Source of the DNA: Alphaproteobacteria bacterium
GTDB lineage: Bacteria; Pseudomonadota; Alphaproteobacteria; UBA7887
Length of the DNA: 64,000 nt
Direction: 5' to 3'
Assembly: GCA_965216755.1 (NCBI GenBank)
Contig: CBDCGL010000011.1
Coordinates: forward strand, 4,640,001-4,704,000
Both the position numbers and the translations under genes were made by a program. Positions 30,860 through 40,642 of the stretch are shown in pieces (within the stretch, counting starts at the first letter, position 1; each line of letters opens with the position of its first letter). Below the pieces are notes generated by a model. That model ran no database searches. It saw nothing but the letters and a program-made list of their open reading frames with translations, and had not been told where the DNA came from.

Positions 30860-31936
30860 ATGACAATGCGTGTTTCCGCTGACGCCTTGGCAAACATCGT
30901 GAGCACTATTTTCAGGGCCGCGGGCAGCCATGACACTGAGGCTGCGGCAATTGGTCGCCATTTGGTCGAGGCCAATTTGGTGGGCCATGACAGTCATGGC
31001 GTGATCCGCGTGCCTTCTTATGTCGAGTGGGTGAGGGCCGGGAAGATGTCGGCTAACCAATCGATCACCGTGGCTTTCGAAACCGACAGCATGGCCGTCG
31101 TCGATGGTAATTTCGGCTTTGGCCAAATTATCGGTGAACAAGCTGTCGACCTGGGCATCGAAAAATGCCACGCCAGCGGAATTTCAATTGTCGGACTGCG
31201 CAATAGCGGCCATGTCGGCCGGCTCGGGGATTGGGCTGTTCGCGCGGCCGATGCGGGTTTCCTTTCCATGCATTTTGTCAATACCAGCGGCGGTGGGATT
31301 TTGGTTGCACCGTTTGGTGGTACGGACCGGCGCCTGTCCGCGAACCCACTGGCGGTCGGCGTTCCCGTCGCGGGTCGATCTCCGATCATTCTCGACATGT
31401 CGACTTGTGTGATTGCGGAAGGAAAGATCCGGGTCGCCAAAAACAGGGGAGTCGATGTTCCCGAAAACGCGATTGTTGATAGCCAAGGCCAGCCGACCAC
31501 AAGCCCCGACGTCTTTTATGGTGACCCGCCCGGCGCAATTCTGACGATCGCGCAGCATAAGGGCTATGGCCTGTCGGTCATTTGCGAGGTTTTGGCTGGT
31601 GCGCTGACCGGTAGCGGCTGCAGCAACCCGGACAATCCGACCGCCAAGAAGATCGTCAACGGGATGCTTTCAATCTACATCGATCCCGAACGCATGGCCG
31701 GCAACGCATTTGGCGGCGAGATTGACCGGCTGATCAAATGGGTCAAGGCATCGCCGACCGCGACGTCGGACGGCGAGATTCTCATGCCCGGCGATCCCGA
31801 GGAACGAACCAAGGCGGAGCGGCGTACAAAGGGCATTCCGTTGGACGATGCTACGTGGACGCAACTGTTGGGGGCGGCCGACCAGGCCGGCGTCGGCCCA
31901 GAAGAAATAGAGTCGATCATTGCCCATGGCGCATGA
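30860..31936 (+). CDS. Ldh_2 family (malate/L-lactate/ureidoglycolate) dehydrogenase
   Basis: GHDSHGVIR, HVGRLG, ANP, LDMST, HKGYGL, MPGDPE. Confidence 0.9.
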   Translation: MTMRVSADALANIVSTIFRAAGSHDTEAAAIGRHLVEANLVGHDSHGVIRVPSYVEWVRAGKMSANQSITVAFETDSMAVVDGNFGFGQIIGEQAVDLGIEKCHASGISIVGLRNSGHVGRLGDWAVRAADAGFLSMHFVNTSGGGILVAPFGGTDRRLSANPLAVGVPVAGRSPIILDMSTCVIAEGKIRVAKNRGVDVPENAIVDSQGQPTTSPDVFYGDPPGAILTIAQHKGYGLSVICEVLAGALTGSGCSNPDNPTAKKIVNGMLSIYIDPERMAGNAFGGEIDRLIKWVKASPTATSDGEILMPGDPEERTKAERRTKGIPLDDATWTQLLGAADQAGVGPEEIESIIAHGA

Positions 31937-32013
31937 TCGGTTTGGCCCCAAAGATTGGTGAAAACCGTGTGGTAAGATAGCTGTTTGTAACTCGATCGAA
32001 AGTCGCATTTCGT

Positions 32014-32027
32014 TTGATTCAGGTTAA
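32014..32027 (+). promoter_or_regulatory. Possible FNR/FixK box upstream of hsp20
   Basis: TTGAT-TCAG-GTTAA, 8/10 match to TTGAT-N4-ATCAA. TATGAA at 32049 is a plausible -10 for class II spacing. Confidence 0.35.
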
Positions 32028-32101
32028 CGAAATTTGGACGGGCAAGGGTATGAAATTGCGCCGAGACAATAGGCACAATCGCAACTCGACGGAGGCGATC
32101 G

Positions 32102-32638
32102 ATGGTCGAAGTCCAAAAAAAGGGAAAGGAAGTGGCGACGGAAGACAAAGCGGCGCCGGCACGGTCAAGTCAACCATTGGCATCGCTACAATCGGAAGTC
32201 AATCGACTGTTTGATGATTTCTTCACGGATTGGCCCAGTTTGCGTGGCTCCGGCCGCTGGCTCGATCCATGGGGCATCGGTCGTGTGGCATCGAAGGATC
32301 CGATGTTGTCGCCCGACGTCGATGTCAGTGAAACGGACGATCAATACCAGATTACGGCGGAACTTCCCGGCATCGCAGACAAAGATCTCGACGTGACTTT
32401 GTCGGATGGTGTTCTAACCATCAAAGGCGAAAAGAAAGAAGAAACCGAAGAAAAGAAGAAAGACTTTCACTTGACCGAGCGGCGCTATGGCTCATTCAGT
32501 CGGTCATTCAGGCTCCCTGCGGAGGTCGACGAAGATCGTGTGACTGCGTCGTTCAAGAAGGGCTTGCTCGAAATTCTGGTGCCGAAGACCGAGAAGACAA
32601 AAGCCGAAACCAAGAAAATCCGGATCGACGGCGACTGA
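32102..32638 (+). CDS. Hsp20/alpha-crystallin small heat shock protein
   Basis: PDVDVSET, AELPG, LTIKGEK, ERRYGSFSRSFRLP, GLLEI. GGAGG SD. Confidence 0.95.
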   Translation: MVEVQKKGKEVATEDKAAPARSSQPLASLQSEVNRLFDDFFTDWPSLRGSGRWLDPWGIGRVASKDPMLSPDVDVSETDDQYQITAELPGIADKDLDVTLSDGVLTIKGEKKEETEEKKKDFHLTERRYGSFSRSFRLPAEVDEDRVTASFKKGLLEILVPKTEKTKAETKKIRIDGD

Positions 32639-32653
32639 CATTGAGGTTTCTAA

Positions 32654-32743
32654 TTTCGGTGACAGTTTACTAAATACACAGCATAATGTGGTCCAAATGT
32701 ATGGGATGCGAAATATGGTGTATTTAGTAAACTGTCACCGAAA
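32654..32743. repeat. Perfect 26-bp inverted repeat, REP/MITE-like element
   Basis: TTTCGGTGACAGTTTACTAAATACAC (32654-32679) and its exact reverse complement (32718-32743), 38-nt spacer, AT-rich relative to flanks. Confidence 0.85.
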
Positions 32744-32803
32744 CACCGTTTAGGGCACTAGTATATGTCAAAGCAATAAATTGTTAATCAGGCAGACTGT
32801 CTC

Positions 32804-33982
32804 TCAAGCACGCGCCAAGTGGCGCATGCCGTCTTCCAAGCCCTTCAACGTTAGGGGAAACATGCGTCGCGTCATGAGTTCGGTAGTAAGTCCGATTGAA
32901 GGCGTATGCGACCACCGCTCTTCCGGTTCGGGATTGAGCCAGACCGCAGAGGCGTAGGTGTCGAGCAGCCGCTGCAACCAGACTGCACCCGGTTCCTCGT
33001 TCCAATGCTCAACGCTGCCACCGGCATAGGTTATTTCGTAGGGACTCATCGCCGCGTCACCGACGAAAATGAGTTTGTAATCGGGCGGATATGTGTGGAT
33101 CACATCCCATGTCGAAAAGCGTTCGGCATGCCGACGGCGATTGTCGCGCCAAACGCTCTCGTAAATGAAATTGTGAAAATAGAAATATTCGAGATGCTTG
33201 AACTCGCTGCGCGCGGCCGAGAAGAGTTCTTCCGAGGTCCGCGCGTGCACATTCATTGAGCCGCCGACATCGATGAACAGCAACACTTTGACCCGGTTGC
33301 GCCGTTCCGGGCGCATGCGAATATCCAAATAGCCGCCATTGTCAGCGGTGGCCTTGATCGTATTGTCGAGGTCGAATTCGTCATGGGCGCCTTCTCGAGC
33401 AAACCGACGCAGGCGTCGAAGCGCGATTTTGATATTACGGGTGCCAATGACGATCGAGTCATCGAGATTGCGGTATTCGCGACGATCCCAGACCTTCACC
33501 GCGCTGCCGCGGCGGCCCTCTTTCTGTCCGATACGCACGCCTTCCGGATGGTCTCCATAGGCACCAAATGGGGACGTGCCACCTGTGCCGATCCATTTGG
33601 AGCCACCTTGGTGGCGCTTTGATTGCTCGCGCAACCGTTCGGCGAGCGTTTCCAGCAATTTGTCCCAACCAAGTTTCTCGAGCTTGGCGCGTTCTTCTGG
33701 CGTTAGATGTTTTTCCAGCTCTTTGCGCAGCCATTCCTCGGGCACGTCAGCCAGGAGCGCGTCACTTAGCGATTCGATACCCTTGAAGTACGACCCGAAA
33801 ACGCGGTCGAACTTGTCGAAGTTGCGTTCATCTTTGACCAGAGCCGATCGACTGAGGACGTAGAAGTCATCGATGCTCAAGTTGGCTAGACCCGCCTTGA
33901 CGGCCTCGATAAGAGTCAAGTATTCCCGGAGTGTAACGGGTACTCTCTCATGGCGCAGCCCAAGGAAAAATTCGACAAACAT
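32804..33982 (-). CDS. VWA domain protein (CoxE-like)
   Basis: DVGGSM MIDAS-like motif, YFYFHNF, VGDAAMSPYEI, WLNP. Confidence 0.88.
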   Translation of the reverse strand: MFVEFFLGLRHERVPVTLREYLTLIEAVKAGLANLSIDDFYVLSRSALVKDERNFDKFDRVFGSYFKGIESLSDALLADVPEEWLRKELEKHLTPEERAKLEKLGWDKLLETLAERLREQSKRHQGGSKWIGTGGTSPFGAYGDHPEGVRIGQKEGRRGSAVKVWDRREYRNLDDSIVIGTRNIKIALRRLRRFAREGAHDEFDLDNTIKATADNGGYLDIRMRPERRNRVKVLLFIDVGGSMNVHARTSEELFSAARSEFKHLEYFYFHNFIYESVWRDNRRRHAERFSTWDVIHTYPPDYKLIFVGDAAMSPYEITYAGGSVEHWNEEPGAVWLQRLLDTYASAVWLNPEPEERWSHTPSIGLTTELMTRRMFPLTLKGLEDGMRHLARA

Positions 33983-34014
33983 GTCTATTTCTATTTGGTG
34001 TCCAGGTTTATCGA

Positions 34015-34860
34015 CTACCGTTCTTGGCGCCGTTGCAAGAAAATCAAACGCTCGAACAAATGGACGTCTTGCTCGTTTTTGAGCAAAGCGCCGTAGAGTG
34101 GTGGCACTACTTTGCCGTTCTCCTTGGTTCGCAAAACGGACGGATCGATGTCCTCAACCAACAAAAGCTTGATCCAATCCAAAAGCTCCGAGGTCGACGG
34201 GCGTTTCTTGAGGCCGGGTGTGTCGCGCACATCGTAGAATAAATTCAAGGCAGCACTCAGCAACAATTTCTTGATGTCTGGAAAGTGGACTTCGACAATG
34301 CGGGTCATCGTGTCGCGCTCTGGAAAGGCGATGTAATGAAAAAAGCAACGCCTTAGGAACGCGTCCGGCAAGTCTTTTTCGTTATTCGAGGTAATAATGA
34401 CAATCGGCCGCTGCGCGGCCTTGACTATTTCTTTGGTCTCGTAGACGAAGAACTCCATACGATCGAGTTCCAGCAACAGGTCATTTGGGAATTCGATGTC
34501 CGCCTTGTCGATCTCATCAATCAGAAGAACTGGCCGTTGATCGGCACTAAACGCCTCCCATAACATGCCCCGGGCGATGTAGTTACGAATATCGCGAACC
34601 CGATCATCGCCGAGTTGGCTATCTCGGAGACGGGCGACCGCATCATATTCGTAAAGGCCTTGCTGAGCTGTCGTCGTCGATTTGATGTGCCACCGGATGA
34701 GTGGCCGTCCCAGCGCTCGGGCGACCTCTTCGGCGAGCATGGTCTTACCAGTACCGGGCTCTCCTTTGACAAGCAAGGGCCGTTCCAGGGCGATCGCGGC
34801 ATTGACCGCAACCATGAGATCGTTCGTGGCGACGTAGCTATCTGTACCGGTAAATTTCAT
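34015..34860 (-). CDS. MoxR family AAA+ ATPase
   Basis: GEPGTGKT, LLIDEIDKAD, LPDAFLRRC. Confidence 0.92.
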   Translation of the reverse strand: MKFTGTDSYVATNDLMVAVNAAIALERPLLVKGEPGTGKTMLAEEVARALGRPLIRWHIKSTTTAQQGLYEYDAVARLRDSQLGDDRVRDIRNYIARGMLWEAFSADQRPVLLIDEIDKADIEFPNDLLLELDRMEFFVYETKEIVKAAQRPIVIITSNNEKDLPDAFLRRCFFHYIAFPERDTMTRIVEVHFPDIKKLLLSAALNLFYDVRDTPGLKKRPSTSELLDWIKLLLVEDIDPSVLRTKENGKVVPPLYGALLKNEQDVHLFERLIFLQRRQER

Positions 34861-35014
34861 GATCCCGCTTCAGTCATATTTTTCTCGCAGGTGCACAATC
34901 GAACACGCGGCCGCGCCCGTCAAGCGCGGCCCGTAGTCTTGCCGAACATGTCGGAAACGCCGTATCGTTGCGCGGGGCGGCGGTTTTGTGCATTAGCGTC
35001 ATTTTGGAGGGATC

Positions 35015-36532
35015 ATGAGTTTACCGTTTCCAATGAGTCGTCGGCGTTTCCTGCAGGGTGCTGCGGCGAGCGCGGCTGCATTGGCGACCTTTCGCCGCGT
35101 CTCGATAGCTGCGATGGCTGGTGATGAGATTTCGTCGATGACCGCGCGTGAGGGCGTGGATGCGCTAGAACGTCGCCTCTTGACGGCCAAGGAATATGCC
35201 GAGGCTTTGTTGGCGCGCAGCGAACGCCTGCGCGACATGAACATATTTGTCAGTCAGGACACGGACGTGGTCCTGGATGCGGCGGCCGACATGGACGCGC
35301 GTCGCATGGCCGGCGAGGATTTGATGGCCTTGTTCGGCTTGCCGATTGTCGCGAAGGACAATATCAACTCCGCCGCAATGCCGACGACAGGCGGCACGCC
35401 GGCTCTCGCCAATTGGACACCACCGGGTAACGCACCAGTCTTGCAGAATGTCTTGGATAGCAATGGTGTGTTGCTGGGCAAAGTCAACATGCATGAACTG
35501 GCGTTCGGTATCACGTCCAACAACGCGACCTATGGCCCGGTTCGCAATCCGTATCACCGCGACATGATCCCTGGCGGGTCGAGCGGCGGCACGGCCGCGG
35601 CGGTTGCGGCGCGTTTGGCGCCCGCTGGGCTTGGTTCCGATACGGGTGGGTCCTGTCGTATTCCGGCAGCCTTATGCGGCTGCGTCGGCTTTCGTCCGAC
35701 ATTGGGTCGCTATAGCCAAGCGGGTGTTATTCCCTTGTCGAGCACGCGCGACACTGTTGGTCCGCTGGGACGAACAGTCGAGGATGTCACTTTGTTGGAT
35801 CACGTCTGTGCGATTGAAAGAGATAAACGCATGGACGTGGCGCTTGAGGGGCTGCGGCTTGGCGTGCCGCGGGCGTATTTTTACGATGGTCTCGATCAGG
35901 AATTGGCCGCCGTCGTTGAAGACGCGCTGTCAAAATTGAGCCAGGCTGGCGCGATCTTGGTTGAAGTCGATTTGGAAAACATCGACGCTTTGAACGGCGC
36001 CGTCAGTTTTCCACTGGTCCTATATGAAGTTTTGCGCGAAATGAGCGCCTACCTGTATAAGAATAATAGCCAGCTGACGGTTGCCGAAGTGGTTGAGCAG
36101 GTTGCGGGGCCCGGTGAACGCGGGATCTTGCAATCGCAGTTCGGACCGGACGCGATGCCGGCCGCCGCCTACCGCGATGCCCTGGTTGTGCATCGCCCGG
36201 CATTGCAGGCCGCGTATCAATCGTACTTTGACGACAATCAAGTGGCGGCAATGATTGTGCCAACGACGCCGTTGCCAGCCAGGCCGATCGGTCAAGAGGA
36301 AACCATTGAGTTGAACGGCGAACAAGTGCCGACCTTCTTCACCTTTATCAGAAACACCGATCCGCCCAGCAATGCTGGCTTACCGTGTTTGAGTGTGCCC
36401 GTGGGCTTGACCGCGGGCGGCTTGCCGGTGGGGATGGAGTTTGTTGGTCCGGCTCTGTCGGACGCGTCGGTGTTGGGAATCGGCCGGGCCGTCGAGAAAG
36501 TTTTGCCCCCATTGCCGGCGCCGGCGATTTAA
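35015..36532 (+). CDS. Amidase-signature family enzyme with Tat signal (indoleacetamide hydrolase-like)
   Basis: SRRRFLQ Tat motif, KDNI, GGSSGG, GSDTGGSCRIPA. GGAGG SD. Confidence 0.9.
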   Translation: MSLPFPMSRRRFLQGAAASAAALATFRRVSIAAMAGDEISSMTAREGVDALERRLLTAKEYAEALLARSERLRDMNIFVSQDTDVVLDAAADMDARRMAGEDLMALFGLPIVAKDNINSAAMPTTGGTPALANWTPPGNAPVLQNVLDSNGVLLGKVNMHELAFGITSNNATYGPVRNPYHRDMIPGGSSGGTAAAVAARLAPAGLGSDTGGSCRIPAALCGCVGFRPTLGRYSQAGVIPLSSTRDTVGPLGRTVEDVTLLDHVCAIERDKRMDVALEGLRLGVPRAYFYDGLDQELAAVVEDALSKLSQAGAILVEVDLENIDALNGAVSFPLVLYEVLREMSAYLYKNNSQLTVAEVVEQVAGPGERGILQSQFGPDAMPAAAYRDALVVHRPALQAAYQSYFDDNQVAAMIVPTTPLPARPIGQEETIELNGEQVPTFFTFIRNTDPPSNAGLPCLSVPVGLTAGGLPVGMEFVGPALSDASVLGIGRAVEKVLPPLPAPAI

Positions 36533-36681
36533 GAACCGTCGCACGCCGGGCACAGCACCAAAGCGCCGGTGGCGACGTGAAGCTGGCCCTCGCAATGCTC
36601 TGCTTGACGTTGGGGCGCCGTTGCCGGTACCGGTAGCGGCGTCGTGGCTGTGGTGCCAACTGGAACCGTGGGAAGAATGAT

Positions 36682-37509
36682 ATGGAGCCGTCGAAAACCG
36701 CTGACAAGCCGAAAAAGCGCATCAGCACGACCGATATCCGTGCACGTAAGAGAACCAAGCCGCCGTTGGTTTGCCTCACCGCCTACACGGCGCAAATGGC
36801 GGCATTGCTGGACCCCCATGTCGAGATGTTGTTGGTTGGGGACTCAGTGGCCATGGTGATCTACGGGCGCGACACGACGCTGGGTACTAGTTTGGGCACG
36901 ATGATTGCGCATGGCCAAGCAGTCATGCGCGGCGCGCAACAGTCTTGCGTGATGGTCGACCTTCCGTTTGGCAGTTACGAAGCTTCACCCGAGCAGGCTT
37001 TCGCGTCGGCGTCGCGGGTTCTGGGCGAGACGGGTTGCGCCGCCGTAAAGCTGGAAGGCGGGGTGGCCATGGCGGATACGGTGCGTTTTCTCGTCTCGCG
37101 CGGCGTGCCGGTCGTTGGCCATATTGGTTTGACGCCGCAGCACGTCAATCAGTTTGGCGGGTTTCGCGTACAAGGTCGTGGCGACGAAGGTGCTGATCGC
37201 ATGGTCGCGGACGCCATTGCGATCGCCGAGGCCGGCGCATTCGCGATTGTCGTCGAAGGGGTGCCGGCCGAGACCGGTCATCGCGTGACGGAAGCGGTCG
37301 ACGTGCCGACCATCGGCATCGGCGCCGGCCCAGCATGCGACGGCCAAATCTTGGTCACCGATGACATGCTCGGCCTGTTCACGCGTTTTACGCCGAAATT
37401 CGTCAAACAATACGCCAAACTGCATGAAATCGTTTCAGACGCGGCAGCCGGGTATGCCGCGGACGTACGTGCGGGTACCTTTCCCGACGAGGCGCATTCC
37501 TTTAAGTAA
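36682..37509 (+). CDS. panB: 3-methyl-2-oxobutanoate hydroxymethyltransferase
   Basis: LTAYT, LLVGDS, VDLPFGSY, VKLEGG, HIGLTPQ, TIGIGAG. Confidence 0.96.
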   Translation: MEPSKTADKPKKRISTTDIRARKRTKPPLVCLTAYTAQMAALLDPHVEMLLVGDSVAMVIYGRDTTLGTSLGTMIAHGQAVMRGAQQSCVMVDLPFGSYEASPEQAFASASRVLGETGCAAVKLEGGVAMADTVRFLVSRGVPVVGHIGLTPQHVNQFGGFRVQGRGDEGADRMVADAIAIAEAGAFAIVVEGVPAETGHRVTEAVDVPTIGIGAGPACDGQILVTDDMLGLFTRFTPKFVKQYAKLHEIVSDAAAGYAADVRAGTFPDEAHSFK

Positions 37510-37594
37510 TCACTGCGCGAAAGGTTCGAGAGCTTGACTGCGGTGGCACCCATGTCGCCGAGACGTCGGCATGGCTTGGGTGTATGGGAGTGTC

Positions 37595-38773
37595 ATGGCA
37601 AAAATTACCGATATAACGGCGGTCGCGTTGGAGCACAGTCTTGGCGCTGATCATGCCTATGGCATGGCGCGAGGCCTGACGCCTGTACGCCAAGCCACCT
37701 TGTTGCAAGTTGAAACCGACACGGGAATCACGGGCATCGGCGAGGCCTGGGGGCAACCGGCGGGCCTTTTAGCCGGGCTGGAACTTGTGCGGCCGTATTT
37801 CCTGGGGCGCGAGATTTTTGATCGAGAACAGGTGCCGCCCTTCATCTACGCGCAGCGCTATCACTTGGGTATCCAGAACGGCATCACGGGCTGTCTCAGC
37901 GGCATCAACATCGCGCTTTACGATGCGCTTGGAAAGTTGTTTGGCGTGCCTGTTTATAAGCTATTGGGTGGGCGACTCGATGACCGCCTGCCCGCATATG
38001 CGTCAAATGGCTATTTTGCCGTCGATCCTCATGCGCAGTTGGAAAGCCAACTGCGTGGGTTCCGACACAAGGGCTTTCCGGGCGTCAAAATCAAGATCGG
38101 GCATGGACCCCGAGACGACGAGAATAGGGTGGCGCTGGCCCGCGACGTTCTAGGCCCAGATGTTTTGCTGATGGTCGACGCGAACGGCAACTACACCGTG
38201 GACATGGCGCTGGAGAGCATGCGGCGGATCGCCCCATATGACATCCATTTCTTTGAAGAACCGCTGCCGCCGACGGATTTCGAAGGTTATCGTGACCTAC
38301 GCGCCCGCGCCAGCATGCCGATCGCCACGGGAGAGGCACTGTACACGGCCCACGACTTTAAGCGTTTGATGGATGCGCGAGGCGCGGACGTGTTGCAGCC
38401 AGACCTGACCCTATGCGGCGGCTTCGACGTCGGTCGCCAGATTTTGGCGATGGCACAAGTCAACCATGTGCGCGTGTCGGTGCATGTTTGGGGCGGCGCA
38501 GTTGGCCTGGCGGCGGCGATCCATTTCATGGCGGCGATGCCCGCGTGGCCTCATACAGACGCGGTGCCGTATCCGGCCCTGCTGGAATATGACCGCGGCC
38601 AGAACGCCTTGCGCGATGAGCTGCTGACCGAGCCCATCCCCTGTATCGACGGTCACCTGTTGGTGCCCGAAGGACCGGGGCTTGGCGTGTCGCTCGATTG
38701 GCAAGCAGTTGAGCGCTACCGCATTGGTGCCGCGGCGCCGTCGCCTGAGACTGCGGTCAATGGCACTTCGTAA
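37595..38773 (+). CDS. Mandelate racemase/muconate lactonizing enzyme family protein
   Basis: KIKIG, MVDAN, FFEEP, ATGE, QPD, PGLGV. Confidence 0.9.
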   Translation: MAKITDITAVALEHSLGADHAYGMARGLTPVRQATLLQVETDTGITGIGEAWGQPAGLLAGLELVRPYFLGREIFDREQVPPFIYAQRYHLGIQNGITGCLSGINIALYDALGKLFGVPVYKLLGGRLDDRLPAYASNGYFAVDPHAQLESQLRGFRHKGFPGVKIKIGHGPRDDENRVALARDVLGPDVLLMVDANGNYTVDMALESMRRIAPYDIHFFEEPLPPTDFEGYRDLRARASMPIATGEALYTAHDFKRLMDARGADVLQPDLTLCGGFDVGRQILAMAQVNHVRVSVHVWGGAVGLAAAIHFMAAMPAWPHTDAVPYPALLEYDRGQNALRDELLTEPIPCIDGHLLVPEGPGLGVSLDWQAVERYRIGAAAPSPETAVNGTS

Positions 38774-40574
38774 CATTGCGATCATCGCGCATGTCGATCA
38801 CGGCAAGACGACCTTGGTCGATGCCATGCTGCGGCAAGGTGGACAAATTCGGGACAACCAACAAATTGCCGAGCGGGCACTCGATCGCGGGGATCTAGAA
38901 CGCGAGCGTGGCATCACGATTCTGGCCAAATGCACGGCAGTAACCTGGCAGGGCCACCGGATCAATATCGTGGACACGCCCGGCCACGCGGATTTTGGCG
39001 GCGAGGTCGAACGGATCTTGAGCATGGTGGACGGCGTTTTGGTCCTCGTCGATGCTGCCGAAGGGCCGATGCCACAAACAAAGTTCGTCACCCAAAAGGC
39101 ATTGGCGCTGGGCCTGAGGCCGATCGTCGTCGTTAACAAGGTCGATCGCGCAGACGCGCGGCCAGATGACGTTCTGAGCGACGTCTTTGACTTGTTCGCG
39201 GCATTGGGTGCGAATGAAGAACAGCTTGATTTTCCCACCCTCTATGCATCTGCCAAACAGGGTTGGGCCACCGCTGATCTGGAAAATTCCAGCAGGTCGC
39301 TCAAGGATCTATTTGATTTGATCATCAGCCACGTGCCGGCACCGTCAATCGCGGAAGATGCGCCGTTCGCGATGCTCATTTCAATTCTCGATTACGACCC
39401 GTTCTTGGGCCGGGTTCTGACCGGACGGGTCGAGGCTGGTCGTATTCGCGCAAACATGCCCATTGCGGCGTTGCGTGGCGGTAGCGGGCCTGTTGAGACG
39501 GCGCGCGCGACAAAGCTGTTGGCGGCGCGCGGTCTTGAGCGCGTGCCCGTGGAGGAAGCGCGCGCCGGCGACATTGTCGCCGTGGCGGGTTTGTCAAAGG
39601 CAACGGTTGCGGACACATTGTGCGATCCGGCTGTCACAATCCCAATCACCGCTCAACCTATTGACCCACCGACACTCATGATGCGGTTTTCGGTCAACGA
39701 TTCGCCGTTGGCCGGGCGTGACGGCGACAAAGTGACTAGCCGCGTGATCCGTGCGCGTCTATTGCGCGAGGCTGAAGGCAACGTTGCGATTCATGTGACC
39801 GAATCCGCGGATGGTGAGTCGTTTGAGGTCGCCGGCCGCGGCGAATTGCAGCTGGGCGTGCTCATCGAAACAATGCGGCGCGAAGGCTATGAGCTTTCGG
39901 TTGGGCGGCCTCGGGTCGTCACGCAAACCGATCCGGCCACGGGTGCCAAACTGGAACCGACGGAAGACGCCGTGATCGACGTCGATGACTCATACGCGGG
40001 CGCGGTCGTCGAGAAGATCAGTGAACGCAAGGGGAGCCTTCAGGAAATGCGGCCGACTGGTCTCGACAAGACCCGTTTGGTGTTTCGGGTCCCGTCGCGC
40101 GGCCTGATCGGCTATCACGGTGAATTTCTCACCGATACGCGCGGTACCGGCGTCATGCACCGCGTGTTTGCGGAATATGCGCCCCATGCCGGGGCCATGC
40201 CCGCGCGGCGCACGGGTGTGCTGATTTCGACCAATCGAGGCGCCGCGGTCGCCTATGCCCTGTGGAATCTGGAGGAACGTGGCGCCATCTTCATCGACCC
40301 GGGCACCGAAGTCTATCCCGGCATGATCATTGGAGAGCATAGCCGCGGCCAAGATCTGGAAGTCAACCCATTGAAATCCAAGCAGCTGACCAACATTCGC
40401 GCGGCCGGAAAGGATGAAGCTGTCCGGCTGACGCCGCCGCGGCGGCTGACCCTTGAACAAGCGATCGCGTATATCGCCGACGATGAACTGGTTGAGGTGA
40501 CGCCCGCGTCAATCCGTTTGCGCAAGGCGATTTTGGATCCGCACGAACGCAAGCGTGTGGCCCGCGCCGCATAG
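38760..40574 (+). CDS. typA: Translational GTPase TypA/BipA
   Basis: LRNIAIIAHVDHGKTT, DTPGHADF, NKVD, GRGELQL, KQLTNIRAAG. Confidence 0.97.
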   Translation: MALRNIAIIAHVDHGKTTLVDAMLRQGGQIRDNQQIAERALDRGDLERERGITILAKCTAVTWQGHRINIVDTPGHADFGGEVERILSMVDGVLVLVDAAEGPMPQTKFVTQKALALGLRPIVVVNKVDRADARPDDVLSDVFDLFAALGANEEQLDFPTLYASAKQGWATADLENSSRSLKDLFDLIISHVPAPSIAEDAPFAMLISILDYDPFLGRVLTGRVEAGRIRANMPIAALRGGSGPVETARATKLLAARGLERVPVEEARAGDIVAVAGLSKATVADTLCDPAVTIPITAQPIDPPTLMMRFSVNDSPLAGRDGDKVTSRVIRARLLREAEGNVAIHVTESADGESFEVAGRGELQLGVLIETMRREGYELSVGRPRVVTQTDPATGAKLEPTEDAVIDVDDSYAGAVVEKISERKGSLQEMRPTGLDKTRLVFRVPSRGLIGYHGEFLTDTRGTGVMHRVFAEYAPHAGAMPARRTGVLISTNRGAAVAYALWNLEERGAIFIDPGTEVYPGMIIGEHSRGQDLEVNPLKSKQLTNIRAAGKDEAVRLTPPRRLTLEQAIAYIADDELVEVTPASIRLRKAILDPHERKRVARAA

Positions 40575-40642
40575 GGCATGACGCGGCTGATAAAGCGCCT
40601 ATACTGGCGCACGGTTTCGACCTTTTAGGCGAGGCAACTGCC

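Noticed and set aside
32654-32743. CRISPR repeat-spacer unit
   Set aside because: The arms are inverted rather than direct, there is only one pair, and no cas genes are present.
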